A stretch of DNA of 64,000 nucleotides from Haliotis rufescens (lineage: Eukaryota): the NCBI RefSeq assembly GCF_023055435.1, contig NW_025964361.1, positions 54,560,001-54,624,000 of the forward strand, written 5' to 3'. The first letter of the stretch is position 1; every line of letters starts with the position of its first letter. Under the pieces are notes generated by a model. The model was not told the DNA's origin. It saw only the letters and a list, made by a program, of their open reading frames with translations, and did not search any database. Below are positions 54,369-64,000 of the stretch, piece after piece. The translations under genes and the position numbers were made by a program.

Positions 54369-55267
54369 CTTAAATAAATGAAGACTGAAGTGGTCTGATC
54401 ATGTACAAAAAAAACTGGTTGATACGTCTTCAGCACCTACAATAACTTTCTTAACCTGGCCATTGCGAAATTTCTCACAGGCTATTGAAATGTTTGAACA
54501 AAACAACAACATTTTATCTACAGAACACATCAACAAATTTGCACTAAAACTAAAGTATTACATGTATACGATCTTGATATATAAGCGTCAACATCATGTA
54601 TCATGTATATTTTACAGTAAAGTTAACAGATAGCTCAAACATATTGAATTCTGACAGTTCTTTTCGGGGCATTGGACTACAATATTCACTAATGTGTGAG
54701 AACTTAAATTACCACGGCTACATATTCTAATCCAGCCACTCTGCCATAACAACATTGACATCATATTACATAACTCCAATATCCTCATACCATTTCACCT
54801 AAGAGGCTAAGACCTTGCTCCTCAGGCTAAAAAATTAATTTGCACAATGCTCAAAGTCAAAACGAATCATTGATAATCAGATTAGTTTCTTGGACAATCA
54901 GATTAGCCAGCGGCACAGGTACTACTCTGTAAGAATGTCCCATTATAGTATACAGCCAGCACTGTAGTTTTTAACCACTGTGCCCCTGGGAACGCTTTCC
55001 CCTCAAGTAATTGTCAAATACATATCTTTAAATCCTTAAGGCTGTGATAACTAATCACTTATTCCTCTGTCCTCAAAGCACTTTTGGTTGAACAGTAGCA
55101 GTCACATGCCAACACCATCCCTTGTGACAGCAAACAGGACTATTTTAAGAAAATAATTTGTAAACAACATCGACTTCATATTCACAAAATGTTTTAATCT
55201 GACAAAAGGGTTCGCAACATTTTACAAAGCAATTGGATAAATTCGTAAAATATGCAAATGTAACAGG

Positions 55268-56200
55268 CGTTAGAAATTGACACTAGTCCTGTAGTCCTTG
55301 CCAAACTGCCCAAGAGTAAAGGTATCATAAGGACTCGTAGAAATTAGCCCCTTTTAAGGGTTTTGCTATAAATTATCATTATAAGGACTAGTGGACAAAA
55401 ACTGTTAGTTTCTATATCACTGATGTAAACTATTTCCTCTATATGACGCATTTGTCCAATCACAGTTGTTGGGAGTGTTTGTCACACCATACCAGAACAT
55501 ACACAATACTCTAGTGTTGAAAACATTTTTTGAAAAGCAAATGCACCTGAAATCTTTACCAGCCCATGTTAACTAGCCCCTATAACACATAAAGACATAC
55601 GTTAAATATCTGAAGCTCTACCAGCCCTTAGGATACCGCCATTAAAGAAACTGACATGAGTCTGCTTACAACCGTCAGTTTGCATCCCTTATCAGTCAGT
55701 CAGACAGTTTAGCCACCAGTTCAATTCCTGAGTCCTGAATTTCCTATGGTCAAGTGAGGTCTGACAATAATAAACCAAATATTGACACTAACATCTACTG
55801 ATGCCATTGTGTAGACAAAAAAGCAGCCTTTCTCCAAGGCTGTACTGATTGATAAGTCCATGGATGTATAGTAGTTCTATCTTATAGTAAGCAAGTCTAG
55901 ATAAGCAGCTTGGACAAGGACCAGACAGATAAAGCAGTCTGCACATGGCATGTTGATAAAAGTACCACCATGGGTGTCTCAGTGCAGATATAGACTTCAG
56001 AAGTCAGTAAGGACACCAGTCCCTCACAGGATTAACTTGTTCTTATCATCTTTCAGCATTAGAAATTGACACTAGTCCTGAAGTCCTTGCCAAACTGCCT
56101 CATAGTTAAGGTACCATAAGGACAAGCAGACATTTGCTATTTTTTAGGGTTTGTTGCATGTTATCATTATAAGGACTAGTGGACTAAAACAGTTAGTTTC
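55268..56200 (+). repeat. Two copies of a ~145-bp dispersed repeat (55268-55412 and 56058-56200)
   Basis: Both start TTAGAAATTGACACTAGTCCTG. Confidence 0.8.
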
Positions 56201-57739
56201 GATCGCTGTATTTATATAATCTAGGAACCATGATTTAAAAAAATATTCATTTTTTTGCACAAGTCTAACTTAAGACGTTTGGGTAAGGACTGCACTATGA
56301 ACAGAAAATAATCCATAGTCAAATGCTCCTTTTCTCTAAAACAGTTTTTCCCTGTGGTGAGAAACATATTGCGTCAAATCACCTGTGATGTCATAGAACC
56401 AACGAGAGCTCAGTTAGTACGTAACAGTACAGCATCAGCAGATGGCCTCATCACTTCGATTCCAGCCAGTTAACTGTTCACATTAGGACTGAATTCATAT
56501 AATTGTATCTCCACAATGTCTCCCTGCCTGAGGATACAAGATATAATGGCAGGCTTCCCACCTCTTAATCAATACTGCTGACTGTAGCTGAATATTCCTG
56601 CTACAACCTCACAAAGCAATCATGGCACTATTGTTGTAGGTGGTATAGGTAAACACAGACTTGTTGTAGGAGACTGGGTGTACACTGGACAAGGTGCCAG
56701 CTGGGGTACAATGAACGAGATGCTTATAATCTATCAATGGATCAAACTTGAATATTCACAGCAACATTTAAGTTAATTGTCAAGGCTTGTGAATAAAAAA
56801 TCAGCATTATTCTCAATATCCGACTGTCATAGAAATTTGATTCACACGAACCCTAAGCAAGATTCTGGTGAATGACTAACACATCTTGTTACAGCCATAA
56901 AACAGTCATGAAACTCATCAAAACATGTTCATATATAATAGAATTAAAAATAAAGGTTTGGGTCAATATAGACATTTGTGTTGGGTACCAGCAACTATTT
57001 CTGTTGCCAAATGTTGATATTACTTGACTCAGTGCTACCTAGATAGGCAGTCGATCAAGTGTCACGCGACTGACATGATACATGTCATGCTGCCCTGATA
57101 CCCGATGTCATGTAAGAAAACATACTCATTGTTTACTGAACCATAGCCTGGATGCCCCATGAAGAAATGTATCTAGAACTCTAAACTAAGTGCCCTTGGC
57201 CATGTTGGCAGGCAAACTGGGGAAATCAATACTTCGTTTTTATTGTCCTAAATTCAAAGGTATATTGACATTATATTTTTGTGGAACATTGTAAAAATTA
57301 TTAAAGTTTCTTCTATTTTATTGGTCTTGTTACCAGTAAAATGCAAATTCCCTCTTCAAAGCCATAACTTTAGTTATAGACATAATAGTATGAATTGGGA
57401 AATTAATAATTCCAGTCTAGGAATTTTGACTAACATTCGCTGGAGACTTGGGGTCAAATAGCGGCTCTGTGTGAAGGTCTCGATACCTACCTATATAGCC
57501 TCATTTATCCATTCCACATGCACGATTACATCCAACACTAGTTACTATTCACATCAGGCCTACGTGTGCTAATAAAAGATATGATATGACCACAACTCTT
57601 CAAATGTTGATGAATTTATTTCTCCCCAGACAAGAGGGAAGCTATTTCCAGGGCCCACTTGCACAAAGGGACTGTAGTGCTGTGACTGTGACTCCATTCA
57701 TGGCATTAGAAATACTTTGTGCACGTGGACACAGGACCA

Positions 57740-58010
57740 AATAATAATAATAATAATAATAATATGCACATATTTATAGTGCATCAAATCCATTATCTAA
57801 AGCAGGCTCAAAGCGCTACATTATCACCCCAGTCAAAGGATCAGTGTGCACTCAATTTTCAATATCAGCTCCCTGGGGAGTATACAACAAGTTGTCTGTG
57901 AAGCGCTAGTAGGTTAACAGTCACATTACCATCTCATCCTACTAGGTACCCATTCAGTGCTGAGTGGACTGCGGCATATTTAAACAAAGTCACATGCCAA
58001 AGGAGACACC
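57740..58010 (-). mobile_element. SINE family E with (TAT)n tail
   Basis: AGCTCCCTGGGGAGTATACAAC and GGTACCCATTCA are reverse complements of the family E core. Confidence 0.7.
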
Positions 58011-58321
58011 ACGTGCTACATGAGCTTCAGTGAGAAGCCCTACAAACTCAGAAATCAAGCTGCAGAAACATGGTCACCCATCCAACTACCGGTACTCGCC
58101 ACGACCAACGTTGCCTAACTCCAAATTATGAGTCACTTGTACACTGTCATCTGTTGTTACCAAATATTTGATACCCAGAAATATCATTTCAAAGAGAACT
58201 CTCTTTATTGTAAAATTGTATAAAACATGTAAACATTTAAATATACTACACGATATTCATGTTGCCTTACATATGTTGCAAAAGGCTACATTTTTTAGAA
58301 ATTTGGGATAAGAACACTATA

Positions 58322-58656
58322 TACCGTATTTGACGTAATAAATGCCACGCTCTAATAAGCGATACCTGCTATTATATTTGAATAGTGAACAATCCCAATA
58401 AGCACCCCTTCTGATTGATCAATGTACACAATGTATTCGTGTATAATCTGCACTCGTGTGTTATATGCACCCTTAATTATGGGCAATTAAATTCTGGAAA
58501 ATATATCTGTCGTATGTAAACATTTCAGGCTGTCAGTATGAACCACGAAATTTACGATCTTTCAACACCATTTTTTCAACAAAATAATATTCTAATAAGA
58601 GCCCCCTATTTCTAATTTTGAGAGCGCCCTGGGTGCTTATTACGTCGAATATGGTA
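58322..58656. mobile_element. Tc1/mariner-pogo-type MITE
   Basis: TA+CCGTATTTGACGTAATAA ... TTATTACGTCGAATATGG+TA. Confidence 0.88.
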
Positions 58657-59997
58657 TACCGAGTGAAAAGTCCAGATTTCCAGCTTGGAATTCCACCTGG
58701 AAATGTTTTCCTAACAACCTATTTGTGTCATACCTAGTCTGTCTCCCAAACCCTAGAGAATAAATTAAAAAAATGAATCCAACTCAAGTCTAGAATTATT
58801 TAGCAAGTCTAGATTGCCTCAGTTCAATGAAAATTAATTAAGTATTGTTCTGGGCTCCATTTGGATTTGATTTTATATTTTGTAGATGTATGTTTTTGAA
58901 TAAGACAACTTTATTTCTGGGACTTAATGTTAGTCTATTGCATACCCATCTATCTGTTTTACAATGCAAGCTGACCTCTCGGACAGGAAGACTGGTCAGC
59001 ATGTCCAGGTCAGTGGCTTGTTGCTGTAAGTCGGAGCAGCTGATTTCTTCAACTCTGACCTTTGCCCAGACATGGTGTGTCATTACAGTAAAGTGTACCA
59101 TTGATTATGCGAGTTATATGAGAAGGTCTTTGATCAACTAAAATGTGCCACTGTTTATGATTTTTTTTCCCTGTATATCAATAACTTACATGTATGGTCA
59201 CAAAATATTAAGGATGTCATTCTGATGGATGTGGAGCACCTGTACAAGAAATCGGGTCATAAAAAAGAGTCACATAGTTTATTGGGTATGTTGTCAAGTG
59301 AGTAGGTCTAGCATGACCTAAATTTACATAGCTGTATAATCTATCAACAAACACAAAATCTTTAAATGTCACAGGTGTTGATTGAGTAGTATTTCATCTG
59401 TATCCATATTGTTCTTTTGTTGTTTATTTCAAAGTTTCATTTAGCCAGATAGGTTACGATAACCTATGTGTCTACGACCAGTTAAAAAAACCATATTCTT
59501 ACCAAATCCCATACTCATTTATCCCTCTATCCTTTCAGCAACAGTGACAGTGACACATACACACATGACATTTTTACCTTGTTATGCAGTGGTTTTGCTG
59601 GTTAATGTGATCCCTATTATCTACCCTCTATATCCACTGTCCCCTCCCCTTCCTTTAGTCCCTAAACCACCCTCCGCCCTCTCATGTCACGTGTGGTATT
59701 CAGCACTTGTTCCAGCCCTTAAAGTGCACAATTAAAAACAGACCAAATCTACTGTGGACAGTGTAACCATGCCGAGCAGGATAGAAACACTGGAATAAAC
59801 GGGGCCATTCCTTAAAAATAATTTGCAAATAAAATGTAAAATTAAAACCTAAATTAAAGCTTGGAACAAGAACTACAAATGTTCAAATACAATAAGATTT
59901 CAGAAAGTAAAGAAGAAAATAAAATAAAATTTGAAAACTTGATGTTAGATTTAAAACTCTTTCATTTTTATTGCTTTATGAGTAGATATATTTGTGT

Positions 59998-60326
59998 TAC
60001 CGTATTTGATGTAATAAGCGCCCACGGCAATATTTGCTAATATATTGGCTAGTGAACAATCCCAATTAGCACCCCTTCCGATTGATCAATGTACACATGA
60101 CTTATTTATTTGTGTATAATATGTGTGTTATTTGCATCCTTAATTATGGGAAATTAAATTCTGGAAAAATATATCTGTCGTATATAAACATTTCAGGCTG
60201 TCACCATAAACCACAAAATTTATTATCTTTCAACTCTGTTGTTTTTCACCAAAATAATATTCTAATAAAAGCCCCAGATATATAATTTTGCGAGCGCCCT
60301 GGGCGCTTATTATGTCGAATATGGTA
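59998..60326. mobile_element. Second copy of the same MITE
   Basis: TA+CCGTATTTGATGTAATAAGCGCCC ... GGGCGCTTATTATGTCGAATATGG+TA; colinear with 58322-58656. Confidence 0.9.
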
Positions 60327-62268
60327 ATCTATTTATTTCTTATGGAATTAAAAATGCATTGTCTGCAAGAGGTGTCGGCTGGTCAGTCAGTAATCAGCTA
60401 TCACCATGTGGCATGGTCAAGCCTAAGGGCCAACACAGAGGCTGTAAATGGAATGTACTCTGATAACATCAAAACCACAAGCTCTGCTCATGTCAGAGCA
60501 ACCCCCCACCACTTGAGTATATAGTATTTCATGGATACAAAGGTCGCAAAGGAAGAACCACATTTGGTATTGATAATATATTATCTGAGTCATATTTCGC
60601 CCTATATCATTTCTAGTTTTATACGGTACATTTCCATACTGATAATCAAAAATGGATTCATTTCATTTACAGATATAACAACAGTTAAAGGGAGTCTGAG
60701 AAATTGGAATCGCAGCTAGAAGCTCAAACACCAGTTTCTTTGTCAGTAATATTTTATGATGAACATACCCACTGAACAGTCATAAAATTACCCATGTACA
60801 CGATGTCTCAGTTTCACATGAGACACTAATTACAACACCCAGATCTATACTGAATTATAAGTGAATATAGCCATTGTGCAATGGAGCAGAGACCCTCAAA
60901 GGATGCCATCAAGTGCCAAGTATACTCCCCAGGGAGCTGAGAATGAAAATCAAGTGCACACTGAGCCATTGACCGGGGTAATAATAACTAATGCAGCGCC
61001 ATGACTATTCACATAAGTAGAATTGTCCGCATTATTACTGAACAAAATATGATGTTCAGAGGGATCCTTTCTAAGCAAAATGGACCAACTCATTGTACAG
61101 ATCTGTGCCACAAGGGACACTGGCTGACTTCATGAATGGTAGCGAGTGACATTTTTTTATACACTGTTGTCAGTAATATTCCAGCTACATATCATGGTGG
61201 CCTACAACTGATCAAGTCTAGACAAGATAGACAACTGACTCAAAGCAACAAACCATGCCTGTAGGTAAGATGACAATCAGCCAAGTCATAGAGCCTGACT
61301 GACCTCCATTTTAGCCAGCATGGTCAAGAATGAGTTACGGAGATAAGTCGCGCCTAGAATCCCCACAGTGTTGAACGACTGATAGATCCTTGTGAAAAAA
61401 ACATGTTGCAAAACTAACAATCTTTCATGAGTATTTGTTAACTGAAATTTCTCACAGCAGTTATCGAATTTAGGTTTGTCTGCAGAAGGGAATTCCATCA
61501 TGAATCTACAAGATAACAGTCAATGACAACCTGTAATCAAGTGCTCCTAGCTTCAAGGAAACTGGCACGACAATCAACAGACCAGTCAAAATAATACCCA
61601 AAGAGGAGCAGAATTCTGTCATCTGGCAGTCAATCAATTTTGTGGATATGAGTCACCACTGCTTACCTTAAGATTAGTTTTCAGGTATAAAATGGGTGCA
61701 AAAATCAAAATAAATAAATGGGGTTTTGCAGTGTTAGAACTGCCAATTGATGTAGCTATTCCTTGTGTATATGACATTATTTAAAAAATCAAATACACAA
61801 TTTCCACAATACACCACCAGCAGACAGCGGGTATTGATGCAAGTATCATGAGTATGAAATCATTCATTGAATGCTTTTGCATCTTTACTATTATTATTCT
61901 GTAAATTGTTGGTACTATTAAGGTATACATGGTTGTGATAAGTTGGGTAAGTAATATAAATGAATAAACTTATCACAACAATAACAATATTGATTAAAAA
62001 AAATGATCGTTGTTTAATATTTTCAGTTCTAACTGTAATTAGATCTATATGATAATCGAATCTATTCTATTTCTTCTAATACATTTAGGAATATATACAT
62101 ACTCTGACACATCGATCAATTATCCAATTCAATACAAATTATATTTGTATGTTAAACAACATTTTCTCATTTGCAGTTTTGCCAAAGACGTATATACGTC
62201 TTTGGTTTTGCATATAGTTTCCATGCCCCTGAATGATTCGTCTGAGCCATGATAAACAGTCTGCTTAC

Positions 62269-62314
62269 CTCGACTTGCGCGGCCAAAATCGGTCATATCT
62301 TGAGCATCCGCCAT
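62269..62314 (-). CDS. Probable first exon of an unidentified gene (MADAQDMTDFGRASR, phase 1); main CDS or uORF
   Basis: GAAATGGCGG start context, locally CpG-rich, strong donor GAG|GTAAGC, divergent from EXOSC9. Confidence 0.6.
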
Positions 62315-62590
62315 TTCCAAACGGAAAGTAATTCCCCTTGATGTTTTAGTTTAGTTTTGTTTTTGAAATATCAAATCATCTTTTACATAATCACGGTATC
62401 GGCATGAATCACATTTTACAAGATGACAGCAACAGTACATGAGGAAGTAAACAGTTATCTCCCCTAACATCAATAGATGGCGTTGACTTCAGTCAAAACA
62501 GGAAGTTGTCAGAGTGCACATGGCGATTATTGTGATTTTGTCTCCATGCTTTTAAAGTAATCTATTGCATGTTACCAAGAAAGGATTACA
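62315..62590. promoter_or_regulatory. Putative bidirectional promoter
   Basis: 276 bp between divergent ATGs; ETS-type AGGAAGT at 62442 and 62500; YY1-type ATGGCG cores at 62477 and 62520 and, just outside this interval on the minus strand, at 62309-62314. Confidence 0.7.
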
Positions 62591-62656
62591 ATGCGGGAAA
62601 CACCTTTATCCAGCTGCGAAAGAGAATTCATTTTGAAAGCAATCACCGAGCACAAG
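62591..62656 (+). CDS. EXOSC9: Exosome complex component RRP45, first coding exon
   Basis: MRETPLSSCEREFILKAITEHK matches the vertebrate EXOSC9 N-terminus (MKETPLSNCERRFLLRAIEEKK); similarity ends at the AAG|GT donor after codon 22. Confidence 0.93.
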
Positions 62657-63314
62657 GTTCAGTTGACTGTCTCAATTCTCTCATGTGAACAGACTAGATA
62701 CTTACTTCATCTGATCAACGTTAATAAATATTTTACAGCATTGTCACCAAGCTTAGTATGGTCATTCTCCACGGAATATGGGAAATATGTGAATAAATCA
62801 TCTTGCTAAACCTGTCTCTAAGTCAGCCTCACTAAAATAAAAATAAAACATTCTGTTAAAGTCGTATAAAAGTTTCTATTTTTAATATGAAATCATATTC
62901 ATGGCAATAACGGGCTCTAATTCCTGGACAGAATACATGCCCCCGTACCCCATGCAAATGATACTGGGTAGAGGTGGGATGAGGGATCTTGTGTTTCATC
63001 ATACCTCATCAACCTTCAGCTTTCATGATGGATTGTGATTGACAATATCTCAAGAACTGTTTTTAGATATCTTCATAATTCCTTTTTTTTGTATTCCTTG
63101 TTAGTTTAAAGTAAGTAGTTACAATTTTGACTGCTGGTTCCTATATAAAGGTACAGTACATCATGGGTACTGTTTTTTTTAAATCATGCATGAAATAATT
63201 TCTGTGTGTGACTTCACACACCCAAATCAAGTCAGAACTATAGAGATCGAAGCCGACAACACAAATGCTGTGCAGAGTGAACTGGCTTCAGTCATGTTTT
63301 ATTATGAGAAACAC

Positions 63315-63993
63315 AGGGATTGACTTAGGCCGCGATTCCGCAATATTCTCGCATAGTTGTCATAGATATCGCATCAACATTAATTCAGCGCGATTGATAA
63401 TACTGTACATCTTTCAATAGTTTTATCCGCATTGACACTCACATTTTCACCTGCAAACATTGAAAAAGTTGTATTGCTTGAATAAAATTATCTACCAGGG
63501 ATATTTCTAGGCCCACATTTTCAAATACAATGAGGCATTTTAACATTGTGCTGTATGGGCGTACTTCGGGAATATTTGAAATTTTCACATCAAAGGCCCA
63601 TGTCAGAAGATTCACTGAGTGAACCCTGATCTACTGTATCTAAAAATGTCCCCAAAAAAACTTACTCGATAGTTTCTTCAATCATCAAAAGTTGTCAATC
63701 AAATCATTATCGCAACACTGCATGCAATGTCTTACTGTGCATTAATGATTCCTATAGCACTGCATGGAGCTTTGCACTACATTTTTTCATACTTGATTGT
63801 ATTTACTACTGTCGCTATTTCATGTCATTGCTTTGAATATATTAAATTATGATCTTAACAGACATTGTCGAAGACCTAGAAATTGTTTGTTCCCCACATG
63901 CAAACAAAATGAACAGCTGACGGTTGTAAACATGCCTTATCTATAATTATTCTTGCAAATAATTCCTCCTAAAGTCGACAATGAACTGAAATG
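63315..63993 (+). mobile_element. Internally deleted copy of the 42691-44290 DNA transposon, in EXOSC9 intron 1
   Basis: Colinear with 42691-43195 and 43872-44063. Confidence 0.85.
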
Positions 63994-64000
63994 CCTACAT

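Noticed and set aside
62657-62809. Continuation of the EXOSC9 ORF
   Set aside because: Similarity to EXOSC9 stops at the GT donor; the expected RLDGR motif is absent, so this is intron.

Overview
Eukaryotic, repeat-rich, almost entirely non-coding DNA. The SINE repertoire looks molluscan, probably an abalone-like gastropod; this is inference from recalled repeat families. The only gene I can name is EXOSC9/RRP45, whose first coding exon (62591-62656, +) lies head-to-head, about 280 bp away, with the first exon of an unidentified minus-strand gene (62269-62314). About 62 kb of the window is probably intron of that gene, and a candidate downstream exon lies at the left edge (1-73). This interval holds eight long minisatellite arrays (1.9-28 kb), at least five SINE families with intact target-site duplications (TSDs), and several MITE/TIR elements. 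Nearly all ORFs in the supplied track are repeat artefacts. The best candidate for something new is a SINE-like retroposon family ('family C'). It lacks a tRNA-type head, has a sharply defined 5' end, and begins with a roughly 75-nt putatively pseudoknotted RNA fold that shows compensatory base changes between copies in this window, so it is a candidate ribozyme or cis-acting head. Second is a 2.6-kb satellite amplified from the A-box region of a tRNA-derived SINE head.
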